Virus record (IMG/VR): IMGVR_UViG_3300042351_000809
Length of the DNA stretch: 64,000 nt
Direction: 5' to 3' (one strand)
From: a virus
In this document: positions 1-10,313 of the stretch, in pieces
Layout: the number at the start of each line of letters is the position of its first letter
Position numbering within the stretch: position 1 is the stretch's first letter
Position numbers and translations under genes: made by a program
Notes under the pieces: generated by a model
Database searches by the model: none
Told to the model about the DNA's origin: nothing
Seen by the model: the letters and a program-made list of their open reading frames with translations, nothing else

Positions 1-1026
1 AAAAGCTGCTCTACAACAAATACTGGATTTGGCGTAAGTGAAGAGCAGTTGTGTGAGGTTTATAATTTGATGGATGTTTATTGTCATCCATTTACTAGCG
101 GTGGACAAGAGATTCCAATCCAAGAAGCAAAATATTGTGAGCTTGTAACTTTAGTAACTAACTATAGTTGCGGAGAAGATATGTGTCATCCTGATGCTGC
201 TTCTATTGCTCTTGAATGGTCAGAATACAGAGAGCATGGTACTCAGTTTAGAAAAGCTTCTACTTATCCTCAGTCTATAGCAAAACAGTTGTATCATGTC
301 TACAAGATGCCAGAGTCTGAAAAGAGACAAATGGGTCAAAAGGCTAGAAAATGGGCTATAGAAAACTATTCTGTTCCTGTTATTGGAAAGATGTTCGAAC
401 AGTATATCGACTCTATTCCTTTTACATCTTATGACTTCTCCTTGAAGGAAGAAGAAAAAGACCCTAATGCCAGCGTCCCAAATATTACTGACAATGGAGA
501 ATGGCTAATCTTCATGTATCATAATATTCTGAAGATGAAGCAGGTCAATCAGAATGATGATGGATACAAGCATTGGATGAAAAAGCTTTCTGAAGGAGAA
601 AGTCGCCAGAATGTTGAAAACTATTTCCGCCAAGTAGCCGCACAAGAAAATCAAAAAAATAGGAAAATTGATTTTGAAGAAATTCTAGATCCTAATGACA
701 AAGGAAAGAGAATTCTTTTTGTAATGCCAGAAAGCATTGGAGATATTTATCTCTGCACTGCTCTTCTTGAGTCAATAAAAGAAACCTATCCTGACCATAA
801 TCTATACTTCGCCACTAAGAAAGATTATTTCTCTATCGTCGAAGGTAATCCTTATGTCCATAGAATTATAGAATATATTCCCCAAATGGATAGCTTGCTG
901 TGGCTAGAAGGCTATGGAGACCATCAGGGGTATTTTGAGATAGCTTTCTTGCCTCATATAGGCACTCAAAAAATGCTAAATTATCTTCATAACGGCAAAG
1001 ACAAGATCGCATTCGATATTAAATAA
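1..1026 (+). CDS. Glycosyltransferase fusion, 5'-truncated: GT4-like C-terminal part, DUF4214-like helical segment, GT9-like N-terminal domain
   Basis: Frame is open from base 1. DVYCHPFTSGGQEIPIQEA...LVTNYS resembles the GT4 donor-binding motif. YHNIL...DDGYKHW...LSEGESRQNVENYF resembles DUF4214. KRILFVMPESIGDIYLCTALLESIKETYP...NPYVHRII resembles the GT9 N-terminal domain. Confidence 0.75.
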   Translation, partial: KSCSTTNTGFGVSEEQLCEVYNLMDVYCHPFTSGGQEIPIQEAKYCELVTLVTNYSCGEDMCHPDAASIALEWSEYREHGTQFRKASTYPQSIAKQLYHVYKMPESEKRQMGQKARKWAIENYSVPVIGKMFEQYIDSIPFTSYDFSLKEEEKDPNASVPNITDNGEWLIFMYHNILKMKQVNQNDDGYKHWMKKLSEGESRQNVENYFRQVAAQENQKNRKIDFEEILDPNDKGKRILFVMPESIGDIYLCTALLESIKETYPDHNLYFATKKDYFSIVEGNPYVHRIIEYIPQMDSLLWLEGYGDHQGYFEIAFLPHIGTQKMLNYLHNGKDKIAFDIK

Positions 1027-1027
1027 T

Positions 1028-2200
1028 ATGCACCTTTTAGAGCAATACTCTCTAGCTTCTGGAGTTAAGATTAAGAAGCCTTATATTTACGAAAAATTTT
1101 TTCCTGTTACCGCTGACAAGTATGTTACTTTCCATCCAAGCTCTAAGCCTTCAAAGACTTATGATTATTGGCAGGAAGTAGTTAATCTTATTTCTCCTAT
1201 TTTAAATGAAAAAGGAATAAAGATTATTCAGCTTGGGCAAGAGAAAGAAAAAGTTTATAGCGACGTTCTAAGCTTTGTTGGGTTAACAAATATTAATCAA
1301 ACAGCTTTCGTTCTAAAAAACTCGCTTCTTCATTTTGGAGCAGATAGTTTCCCTACTCATATCGCATCTGGCTATGGCAAAAAGATTGTAGCATTATATT
1401 CTAATAATTACATCAATTGCGTAAAGCCTTTTTTTGGAGACCCCAAAGACCATATTTTGCTTGAACCAAAGAGGACCAACAAGCCAACATTTTCTTTTGA
1501 GGAGAATCCCAAAACAATCAATTCAATAAAGCCAGAGCATATTGCTAACAGTATTCTAAAATTGCTAGGCATTCCTCATAGCAACTCTATCCAAACCCTT
1601 TATTTTGGCACCGAATACAATAACATGAGATTAGAAATGGTGCCTAATCAAATTGTAAATCCAAAACAGTTTAATTCTAATAATATTGTTGTTAGAATGG
1701 ACTTGGAGCATAACGAGAAATTCCTCAATGAACAGCTTCAAGTTTGTCAATGCTTTATAATAACAGATAAACCCATCGATCCAAATATTATCATCAACAA
1801 TAAAAATAATATTGGAAGAATTTTTTACGAAATCAAAGAAAACAACAACATAGGATTTGCAGACTTTTTAGCATCTAGTAATATTTCTTATCAATTGTTT
1901 ACTTATTTAGAAGGCAAGGAATTAGAAGAAATTAAACTTAAATACCTTGAACAAGAGTACATTACTCAAATGCCAATTAATCTAAAAAAGAAAACTGGCA
2001 TCGAATATACTTCCAACGCTTTCTATAAATCAAACAAGAGATTAATTAGTAATGGCAAAGTTTACTTGAGTGAATCTTCTTTAAAAAATGGAATTGAAGC
2101 AAAGCAGCTTGCTGAACCCGTTATCGACTGTCCAGAGTTCTGGAAAGAGGTTGAGAATTTCTGGATTTTTAGAGTTGATAAGTCCGCAGCTTCGGCATAG
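1028..2200 (+). CDS. GT9 (heptosyltransferase-like) C-terminal domain protein with unknown C-terminal extension
   Basis: HPSSKPSKTYDYWQEVV...IIQLG...LHFGADSFPTHIASGYGKKIVALY matches the GT9 C-terminal Rossmann domain (DSxxxHxA). Confidence 0.7.
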   Translation: MHLLEQYSLASGVKIKKPYIYEKFFPVTADKYVTFHPSSKPSKTYDYWQEVVNLISPILNEKGIKIIQLGQEKEKVYSDVLSFVGLTNINQTAFVLKNSLLHFGADSFPTHIASGYGKKIVALYSNNYINCVKPFFGDPKDHILLEPKRTNKPTFSFEENPKTINSIKPEHIANSILKLLGIPHSNSIQTLYFGTEYNNMRLEMVPNQIVNPKQFNSNNIVVRMDLEHNEKFLNEQLQVCQCFIITDKPIDPNIIINNKNNIGRIFYEIKENNNIGFADFLASSNISYQLFTYLEGKELEEIKLKYLEQEYITQMPINLKKKTGIEYTSNAFYKSNKRLISNGKVYLSESSLKNGIEAKQLAEPVIDCPEFWKEVENFWIFRVDKSAASA

Positions 2201-2203
2201 TAT
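2175..2203 (+). promoter_or_regulatory. Sigma70-like promoter TTGATA-N17-TAGTAT, probably giving a leaderless transcript of 2210..2908
   Basis: Near-consensus -35 and -10 with an exact 17-bp spacer; predicted start site falls near the GTG at 2210. Confidence 0.55.
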
Positions 2204-2209
2204 ATCTAT

Positions 2210-2908
2210 GTGAATACTGTAAAGAAACTTGTTCGTTCCTCTGAAGGTCTCATTGAAGGTGTAGAATATCACTTTAATGATGACGGTTCTATTAACTGGC
2301 GAAAAATGATCAAGCCAGAATTCCTTGTTCCAAACAGGGATAAGACCAATGAAACTGATGTTACTAAGCTAGAAGATAAAGATCTACTCATTCTTCTAGC
2401 TGGAATTAAATATGTAGCACAACTTAGAGGATTTCACTCTGTTGATTACACCGTAACCTCTCCAAGTTCAGACTATGTAGTAGCAGTTTGTAAAATAGAC
2501 TGGATTTCAAACTACGAAACAGAAGGAAATTGTATTACATTTTCTTCTATTGGAGATGCTTCTCCCGGTAACACTAAGGACTTTGCTCGTCATTTCTTGG
2601 GTCCAATTGCCGAAAATAGAGCGTTTATTCGCTGCGTCCGAAACTTCTTAAAGATTAACATCGTTGGTCAAGATGAAATTGGCAAGTCGAAGAATAATGT
2701 TGTTGATGATTCCGCCGAGTCTTCAGCAATCTTTGAGCCTCATGCTATTCTTGAAAAAGTAATGAAAGAGAAGAGCGTTACTTTCACGAAGCTTAAAGAA
2801 AAATTGATTAAAGAAAACTATACTAACGCTGATTCTCTTATGTCAATAGCTGACATTCCAAAGATTAAAATCTTTGAATTGATTGAAAGAATTCAAAAGC
2901 TTAAGTAA
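2210..2908 (+). CDS. Putative Rad52/Erf-like single-strand annealing protein
   Basis: Beta-rich core followed by IGDA...AENRAFIRCVRNFLKI, similar to the A-x-T/N-x-A-x-x-R helix of Rad52-superfamily recombinases; short helical C-terminal domain. Confidence 0.5.
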   Translation: MNTVKKLVRSSEGLIEGVEYHFNDDGSINWRKMIKPEFLVPNRDKTNETDVTKLEDKDLLILLAGIKYVAQLRGFHSVDYTVTSPSSDYVVAVCKIDWISNYETEGNCITFSSIGDASPGNTKDFARHFLGPIAENRAFIRCVRNFLKINIVGQDEIGKSKNNVVDDSAESSAIFEPHAILEKVMKEKSVTFTKLKEKLIKENYTNADSLMSIADIPKIKIFELIERIQKLK

Positions 2909-5900
2909 CTAAGAAGTCCCTATTCCGGGGGAGCTTGAACCTGCTCCTACTGAACCTGCAAATATTTTATTTGAAGAGCTAACTGTTCCTAACCCTTTAA
3001 ATAGAGAAGCTTGCGAATTAATTGTTTCAATTCTTAGTTTCAAATATTTAGAATCAATTGGATCATTTGGATTTACATAATCTCCTGTTGCAGGGATCTT
3101 CGTAGAAAAGTCTACTCTTAAATACCTTCCATTCTTGGAAGGCTTTGTTGTAGTAAGCATAAACCTCTTTCCGTTATACCCAGTGGGATAAAGGATTGAG
3201 GTTTTTAGCTGTACGTCAATATCATTGAAATCTGCATCATTATTAGAATAAATTTCATCGTATCCAACTGTTAAGTTATTCTCTCCAACGTATTGGCTAC
3301 CAGTTAAGATGATGTCAGCTATTCTTGCGAAGTTATTTGGATTTTGAATAGTTAAAAATGGTTGATCATTTGTTTCATAAACTGCTCCATAGTTAGCTAA
3401 TCTCATGTCTAGTTTTTCACCAACTACGAAACCGTTATCCAATGGGAATGTAACTGATGGGCTATAATAAGCATAGTATTTAGAACCATCTCCACTTTGT
3501 GTAGCGAAGTTATCTCCAGAAAAAATTAAGTTTGAAGGAGGATTTCTTAGTATAAATCCAGAACTTGGCAAAGGGACAATAGCGTTGTTTCCGGTCCAAA
3601 AATCTTGAGTTGGCGCAGTTGGATTAAACAATATATCTATTCCTGTAACTTGACCTACATAAGGAGGCATAAAAGAAACTATTGCATTTATAGTTGGAGT
3701 TCCACCTGCGCTAGTAGCGAGATTCATTCCTATCGAAGTCGCCGTGTATCCTGCGCCTCCGCTAATAATAGAGTATCCTGTAATGATTCCTCCGGGAGCG
3801 TTGTAAAAGTCTATCTTTGCACGTTTTTTATTAAACTGGAAAACTGTTGGGAAATTTTCTACTATTACTCCATTGACTTTTGTAAAGAAATTAACGCCAG
3901 TTAAATACCTAACTCCTTCACCATTGAAAGTAATAACAGAGCCGTCCCATCCGCTAACCTGAGTTGTTCCATCTAGTCTATATGTTAAGTTATTATTTAG
4001 ATAAGCGTCATTAATTGAGATAAATGGAATATAGTTAAAATTACCAGTAACAGGATACTCTTCTCCTAAATAAGTTTGGAGATAAAACATTCCAGAGATT
4101 GGCCTTATGTCTTCTACGTCTTTACCATGCAAATTCTTTCCTGCCATTGATGGAGGATAGAATTTTAACTGACCATAATCTTTATAAATGACGCTACTAT
4201 TTAAGTCTCTAGAATCAGTTACAACTGTTATTCCTGATTTATAATTGGCTGCTAAATAAGGAAAAGACGTAGCTATTGCTCCAGAAGCTCCTCTAGCAAG
4301 AGTGCCAACTCCCTCAAATTTAATTCCTGTTACATAATTAAGATTTTCGCCAGTTAAAGTAATTAGTGATCTATATGTACCTGTTAGAATATTTAAAGGC
4401 GAAGTAGAAATAGATGGAGCTTTAATTGTGATAGTTTTGTACATATTATCTGCATCAAAACTATTCCTTTGGAAGAATATCTGACCACTTCCAACGTATC
4501 CATCTAAAGTTATGTAACTATTTGAACTTACTGTGGTTCCAATGCCAATAGTATCTGAACCACTGAGTAGCAATCCTAAGTCAGGTATTTGAGAAGAAAC
4601 ATCTGATACAATATTTAAATTTCCAGAAAGAATAGAGTATCCAGTATAAGGTTGAGCTAATCCAGAAAGGGTAGAGATGTCAGCAACTGACATTGCTTGA
4701 GAAATTAAATACTGACCTGTTTTATTTGTTAGATTATTAAATCCACTAATATAAAGATCTCTTGTTTGAAAATTATGAGCATTGATTCCTGTAACTAATA
4801 TAATATCTCTAGTTCTATAAGTATCAGCGTTTGAACCAGAAACAGTTGTGCTTGGATTAAACGAAGGAGAAAATCCTTTTATTTCGGCAGTAGTTCCAGA
4901 AGTAAAGAATCTAAAAACTCCTTTCTTTACGTCTCTTGGTACTCTTATCAAAGCCCCAGTTGAAGAAGGAGCAATAACGTGAGGATATTTTATTATTTCA
5001 TTATTAAATCCAATACCATAAAAATCAAGATTGCTTAAATTGCTACCAGACAGAGTTATCGAATCATTAAAATAAGCAGAAGTAGGAATAATTTTTGAAA
5101 TGATAGGATTAACAAAAGTTAAAGAATCTGTTGTTGTTACTCTTGCGCTACCATTCACAACCATTGGCCCATCAGCAATATCATAAACTTGAGGGATATA
5201 AAAGCTTAATCCGCTAATACTTTGTCTTCTAAAAGCCGTAATTACCTTGTAAGCACCGTCTTGTCTACCTAGTTCTATAGAAGTAACTGTATTTAAGAAT
5301 TTTCCAGATAGAGTAATTAAAGTATTCGTGGCTCCAGTTATTGGAGAAAATCCATCTACAACAAGAGTCCCGCTTGCTATAGGCAAACCGCTTGGATAAG
5401 TATAATTATAGTAATTAGAATTGATAGAAAGAGAATCGCCGCTTTGAGCAAAATCAGGAACAGTAAACACTATTCTTTGGGAAAACTCTGAACCATCTTG
5501 AGATATAGTATAATTGCTAACAGGATAGCTTCCTATGTTAATTGAGCCTACATAATATATGTCGCTTCCGTATCCAGTTGCTGGTTGACCTTGGGTTAAT
5601 AATGCGGGATATATTCCTGTTATTGTTGGAGTTTTAAGGAATGTGAATTGTTTATCAAACCCACCAGTAATTCTAGAATATGTGTTATCTAATACTAAAT
5701 TAGTTTTTCTAGTTGAAGATAAGTTAGGAGTATTAAGGCTTAAATAACCAAAAGTTCTAACATTGTCGTCTATCAAACCAGCATTCGCATGAATTAAAAC
5801 TTCTGTATTTGAATTATTTCTAGCTCTCCTAATAGGAGCAAAATTAGAATATTGATAAGGATTTTCTCTTACGACTCTAACTTCATCTATATAACCACTC

Positions 5901-8419
5901 CAGTAATTAGCAGAAGTATTTGCGTAATCTCTTCCAATATAAATATCAAAAACTGTATTACTTAAACTCTTATCGGCATTTAAACTAAAATCAAGATTAG
6001 AAGTAGCAAAGTTCAAATTATAACTACTTCCAGATAAATTAATTGGTGCCCCATTCAATAATATCTTTCCACTAATACTGCTTCTATTAAAGTAACTCTT
6101 GCAAATGGAAAGTCGATTCCAGTCGTTTGTATTTATTTGTCCAGAAAAGCTTGAATTAAATCCATCCCAATCAATACCAGATACGACTAATTGATTAGAA
6201 GTGACAAAGACATTTAATCCACTTTGACTACCTATCAAGAATTTTTTATCTGAAGAAGAAAAACTAGCCAATGGTCTAAAGTCTAATTCCACTGCGAAAG
6301 TGTTTCCATAACTTAAAGGAATGTTTGGAGATCGACCAGTAATAGAAAACTTAATGTATGGTCCGGGGCTTCCAGAAAACAAGAAGCTTCTGTCATCATA
6401 TTTTGATGTGTTATTACTTATCCTTACGGAGTTAGAAATAGTTAAATCTTTTGTATTTCTAAAAGTTGATTGATAAGAGTAACTATTTGAATTTTCAGTG
6501 GCTTCAATTAGTGAATTAGCGTCTCCAGTGTCTTGAAAAAGAATTTGCGTTTCTGGATACATATTGTGACCAATGATTTCTACTGAACCGCCAATGTAAT
6601 TTTCAAATGTAGAAACATTTTTTATCATTGGATCTGCTTTTATTATTTCAAAATTCTTAAACAAGAAGTCTCTTCCTCCAGAATTTTTTATCGTAATATC
6701 GTAGCATCCAGCATCAGCATTTGTACCAGTGAAAGTTAAACTAGAACCAACAGAGTTTTTTACAAAAGCAGAAATTGAGAAGACCTTGTTGTAAAGCCCA
6801 TAATTGTAGTCTTCTACATAACCAGATATTTCTCTAATCTTAGATAATTGAGTCCTATCTCCTCTATAATCATAATCAGAATAATTACCTTGCAGCAATA
6901 TAACTGTATTTTGAGTATCAAATAATCCAGAACCAGTCATTACTTGACCAATAGAACTATATAATCCAGCACCTTTAATAATTCTGAAATCTTCTATATA
7001 TCCAGAAAATGGATTTACTCCATAAGCTCCATAAGAACCCGTATTATGAGTTCCAATAAATAAACCACTACCCGCTGTTATTGCATAAGGAGTTCCAGTA
7101 GAAACAGTAGAATAAGATTGTCTATTAGTGCCACTTATTGCCACAAATGTATCACCATTTGCAGAAGTTCTAGATATTATTACTTTTGTCCATTGATTTG
7201 CTGGTATCAAAGAAGTTGCAATATTTGCTTTAGCTGCATTACTAGCGTAAAATGTCCAATTAGTACTTCCAGCAGCTTTATAAAAATAAAAACCATTTCC
7301 ATCCCATCCCATATCTTGGAACATATCAATTCTTGGGGTTGAAGTGTATGGCAATGGATTAACTGAAAATTCTATAGTAAATGGATTTACTCCAAAACTA
7401 AAATCACCACCAGAAGGAGAAGGAATTTGTAAATAAGAATTCCCACTAAACAACAAAGATCTACCAAAAAGCCCAACTTGAGAACTTCTAACTCCGCTAT
7501 TTAATATAGTTTTTGGTTGTCTATAGTTTAGTCCGCTTAGAGTAATCCCAGTAGCGTAATTAAAGTTTTTACCGATAGCAACATTAGATTGTCCAGAATT
7601 TAAATAGTAATTTAAAGCATTAAATACAACAGGAGCTTTAAGAACAGTTATTTGACTTCTGGAAGTGAAAGTAGTATCATCTTTTGAATTTATTGTTACA
7701 AATCCAGCATTAGCATTTACAGGAACAACGCCCGAAATAATATCTCCACCTCCAGTAAAAGGAGCAGTCACAAATCCAGTAACTCCATTGTCTACAGAAG
7801 TAGTAAAGTTGACAGGGAAGTAGCTTTGATTTACATAAGACAAGTTAAAATTATTTCCAGATATTCTAAGTACGTCTCCTTCATATGGCAGATTATCGCT
7901 AAATCCACTTATATAAATGCGACCATAGAAATTAAAATCACTAGCTGCGGAAACTATTCCAGTATTATTGTAACCGCTAACTCTAATTGGACCTGTTGTA
8001 TAACCACTTGGAACCTTAACTAATAGAACGCCACTATCTGGTTGATAAGAGATATTTGTTCCAGTGATATTATTAAAGGATACATATTGTACGCCACTTA
8101 ATGATTTTCCACTTACTGCAACAAATTGACCAACCTCTTGTGTTTGTGGTATTATGGCATCTAATCTTGGTATTGGAAAAAAGTCTACTCCACTTACATA
8201 CATTGGAGAAGAAACTGAAGTTCCAGTAATAAAATAAAATTTAGCCTGACCAAAGGCTATGTTTTCTGGAACGTTAAATTCGATATACTCTGGCGAAGCA
8301 TCGTAATAAGAAAAATCAATGAAGCCAGCACCGGGAAGCTGCAATCCGCTTACTGCATAAAGACCCGCGCCCGTGACGCGCATCTTTTGATTTATTAAAC
8401 CTGTATTGTAGCTTGGCAT
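2909..8419 (-). CDS. Large virion protein with many IPT/TIG Ig-like repeats and two LamG-like domains (1836 aa)
   Basis: Repeated P-x-I-x-x-F/I-x-P...G...ITLSGxNL units; FTIEF...FSGYIEDFRI and WSGYIDEVRV LamG motifs; GGAGYT repeat near the C-terminus. Confidence 0.7.
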   Translation of the reverse strand: MPSYNTGLINQKMRVTGAGLYAVSGLQLPGAGFIDFSYYDASPEYIEFNVPENIAFGQAKFYFITGTSVSSPMYVSGVDFFPIPRLDAIIPQTQEVGQFVAVSGKSLSGVQYVSFNNITGTNISYQPDSGVLLVKVPSGYTTGPIRVSGYNNTGIVSAASDFNFYGRIYISGFSDNLPYEGDVLRISGNNFNLSYVNQSYFPVNFTTSVDNGVTGFVTAPFTGGGDIISGVVPVNANAGFVTINSKDDTTFTSRSQITVLKAPVVFNALNYYLNSGQSNVAIGKNFNYATGITLSGLNYRQPKTILNSGVRSSQVGLFGRSLLFSGNSYLQIPSPSGGDFSFGVNPFTIEFSVNPLPYTSTPRIDMFQDMGWDGNGFYFYKAAGSTNWTFYASNAAKANIATSLIPANQWTKVIISRTSANGDTFVAISGTNRQSYSTVSTGTPYAITAGSGLFIGTHNTGSYGAYGVNPFSGYIEDFRIIKGAGLYSSIGQVMTGSGLFDTQNTVILLQGNYSDYDYRGDRTQLSKIREISGYVEDYNYGLYNKVFSISAFVKNSVGSSLTFTGTNADAGCYDITIKNSGGRDFLFKNFEIIKADPMIKNVSTFENYIGGSVEIIGHNMYPETQILFQDTGDANSLIEATENSNSYSYQSTFRNTKDLTISNSVRISNNTSKYDDRSFLFSGSPGPYIKFSITGRSPNIPLSYGNTFAVELDFRPLASFSSSDKKFLIGSQSGLNVFVTSNQLVVSGIDWDGFNSSFSGQINTNDWNRLSICKSYFNRSSISGKILLNGAPINLSGSSYNLNFATSNLDFSLNADKSLSNTVFDIYIGRDYANTSANYWSGYIDEVRVVRENPYQYSNFAPIRRARNNSNTEVLIHANAGLIDDNVRTFGYLSLNTPNLSSTRKTNLVLDNTYSRITGGFDKQFTFLKTPTITGIYPALLTQGQPATGYGSDIYYVGSINIGSYPVSNYTISQDGSEFSQRIVFTVPDFAQSGDSLSINSNYYNYTYPSGLPIASGTLVVDGFSPITGATNTLITLSGKFLNTVTSIELGRQDGAYKVITAFRRQSISGLSFYIPQVYDIADGPMVVNGSARVTTTDSLTFVNPIISKIIPTSAYFNDSITLSGSNLSNLDFYGIGFNNEIIKYPHVIAPSSTGALIRVPRDVKKGVFRFFTSGTTAEIKGFSPSFNPSTTVSGSNADTYRTRDIILVTGINAHNFQTRDLYISGFNNLTNKTGQYLISQAMSVADISTLSGLAQPYTGYSILSGNLNIVSDVSSQIPDLGLLLSGSDTIGIGTTVSSNSYITLDGYVGSGQIFFQRNSFDADNMYKTITIKAPSISTSPLNILTGTYRSLITLTGENLNYVTGIKFEGVGTLARGASGAIATSFPYLAANYKSGITVVTDSRDLNSSVIYKDYGQLKFYPPSMAGKNLHGKDVEDIRPISGMFYLQTYLGEEYPVTGNFNYIPFISINDAYLNNNLTYRLDGTTQVSGWDGSVITFNGEGVRYLTGVNFFTKVNGVIVENFPTVFQFNKKRAKIDFYNAPGGIITGYSIISGGAGYTATSIGMNLATSAGGTPTINAIVSFMPPYVGQVTGIDILFNPTAPTQDFWTGNNAIVPLPSSGFILRNPPSNLIFSGDNFATQSGDGSKYYAYYSPSVTFPLDNGFVVGEKLDMRLANYGAVYETNDQPFLTIQNPNNFARIADIILTGSQYVGENNLTVGYDEIYSNNDADFNDIDVQLKTSILYPTGYNGKRFMLTTTKPSKNGRYLRVDFSTKIPATGDYVNPNDPIDSKYLKLRIETINSQASLFKGLGTVSSSNKIFAGSVGAGSSSPGIGTS

Positions 8420-8420
8420 A

Positions 8421-9500
8421 TTATAATCCTTGAAACTGCGTAGATAATCTTATATCATTAACAGATACACTTGTTTTAAAGTTAAAAATAGAAGAAGAAG
8501 TCGTCTCTTCTGTCTCTATGAAAATAGCAGCAGCACCTTTTAATGATGTGGGCGCAACTGCCGTAAGTGAAGAAGTAGAAACTGGAGTAAAAGAAGCTGC
8601 CTCTACATTTCCAAAAAGAATCCTTTTAACGTTTATAAAATTACTTCCATTTATTGTAACGGTAGCTCCGGGCAATATAACTCTTGGAGTGAAATCAGTT
8701 ATTGCTGGCCTAAAATGTGAGAAGTCTTGTTTTAAAGAGAACTCAGATCTTATGTATCCTTGAGACTCAACAGAAGATCTTTTAGAGGAAATTATTCCCG
8801 CAAAAGACAATGTATCAAGAGGAACTGCTCCTGTTTGAAGCGAAATATAAAAGTCGCAAGGAACTCCAGAATATGGGAGAGAAACGTTAAAGTTATCTAT
8901 CTCAAAAGAAACCGATTGAGACCTCTTTCCAAGATAAGCTCTGCCGCTTTGGTCAAAAGTAGAAGCTCCTTCTTTATTGTACTTCTGAACCTCTCTTTGG
9001 TATTGATAGCTAAAATTTGTAAAATTATAACCGTTAGAATCAAAAGCAGTACCATCTAGATTTCCAGACAGATAAAAATTTGAAAAATTTAACGGCGTAA
9101 TTTCTGGCAGATTGGCCGGGGTAGTAGGAGAAAAAGAGCCTTTTAATGTTTCAAAAACTTTAAGCTCAAGATCTACTTTAGCTAAAGAATCTGGAGACCC
9201 TTTTATAGAATAGCTTGTAACGTAACCACTTTGGAAATATAGGCCACAAAAATTTCCAGAAATACCCTGTTCAGAATTTGCGCCTAAAAGATATTCCTTA
9301 ACGAAATCTTTCCCAGTTAAATAATAAGAAATAGAAAAACTTGTATCTACTGTATCTTCTGGAGAATATGTATAAGAGTTCTTTTTAAATTCTTCATTAT
9401 AAACAGGAGTGTTACTTGAATCAAGAGACATATTTACATTAGTGGCTAGTATGTCTACGCCACTTAGCTTAAATGTGCAATTTTTATAGTTGAAAAACAT
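8421..9500 (-). CDS. Tail-tube-like paralogue with C-terminal IPT/TIG domain
   Basis: GYVTSYSIKGSPDSLAKVDLEL aligns with GFLTNYSINAAVGDFPTTSVSL of the tube protein; C-terminal PAITDFTP...GATVTINGSNF is IPT-like. Confidence 0.6.
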   Translation of the reverse strand: MFFNYKNCTFKLSGVDILATNVNMSLDSSNTPVYNEEFKKNSYTYSPEDTVDTSFSISYYLTGKDFVKEYLLGANSEQGISGNFCGLYFQSGYVTSYSIKGSPDSLAKVDLELKVFETLKGSFSPTTPANLPEITPLNFSNFYLSGNLDGTAFDSNGYNFTNFSYQYQREVQKYNKEGASTFDQSGRAYLGKRSQSVSFEIDNFNVSLPYSGVPCDFYISLQTGAVPLDTLSFAGIISSKRSSVESQGYIRSEFSLKQDFSHFRPAITDFTPRVILPGATVTINGSNFINVKRILFGNVEAASFTPVSTSSLTAVAPTSLKGAAAIFIETEETTSSSIFNFKTSVSVNDIRLSTQFQGL

Positions 9501-10304
9501 TTAGAAACTCCTTTTTAATGATATTTTATTTTTAGCGAAATCGTCAATATTAATTGATAGATTAGAAGAGTCAATCTTGCTTCCTGAAGTGTTGATAATC
9601 ATTATTGATTGACCGCCAAAAGTAGTTATGTTTATCTTAGCATTTTCTGCTGTTGATAAGTCTGCATTAGAGAAATTTGAATTAAAATTTTCTACAGTAA
9701 AATCAAACGTTTCTTCTCCAGCGGACAAATCAACTTGTCTTGGCCTTTGTTGACCGACTGAATAAATTGGATTCCAGTTGATAGAGATGCCGTAGTTGAA
9801 GTCTAAAACATTATAAAGAGCGGCTGTTCCTGAGACTTTAGCATTCCACGAATGAGCTATGCCTGATCCACTGGCTAAATTATTAATTGCAGTTTTGTCA
9901 TTAAGACTTCCAGAAAGATTAGAAAAACTAGAAAGAGAAACAGAAGCTTGCACTTTTGAATTAGGATTTACTGTTAATGAATACCTAGAAGGATAAAAAG
10001 ACCCACTTACCCCTGCCAAAACAACCTGAACAGGAACAACTGCTTCAGGAAAGCTGCCAGTAAAAATCCCTGTTTTTATATAATCAAAGCATTTATATAT
10101 AGGATCAGAGATATTTGGAAAATAAGTAAACTCAACATTAGTCTCATCTGCTTTAGTTTTAAACATCTGAGATGAGTTTTGTCTTCCGATTACATAAGTA
10201 GAATTTATACTTCTATTTACTCCAATAGAAGTATTCTGAGCCAGAACTAGTCCTGACCCAAAACGCGAATTAAATACTACTTCACACTCATTAAAATATT
10301 TCAT
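9501..10304 (-). CDS. Tail-tube-like paralogue
   Basis: Two internal tube-like halves (NTSIGVNRSINSTYVIG and FNYGISINWNPIYSVG) that align with 34007..35191. Confidence 0.55.
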   Translation of the reverse strand: MKYFNECEVVFNSRFGSGLVLAQNTSIGVNRSINSTYVIGRQNSSQMFKTKADETNVEFTYFPNISDPIYKCFDYIKTGIFTGSFPEAVVPVQVVLAGVSGSFYPSRYSLTVNPNSKVQASVSLSSFSNLSGSLNDKTAINNLASGSGIAHSWNAKVSGTAALYNVLDFNYGISINWNPIYSVGQQRPRQVDLSAGEETFDFTVENFNSNFSNADLSTAENAKINITTFGGQSIMIINTSGSKIDSSNLSINIDDFAKNKISLKRSF

Positions 10305-10313
10305 CCTTTTGCC

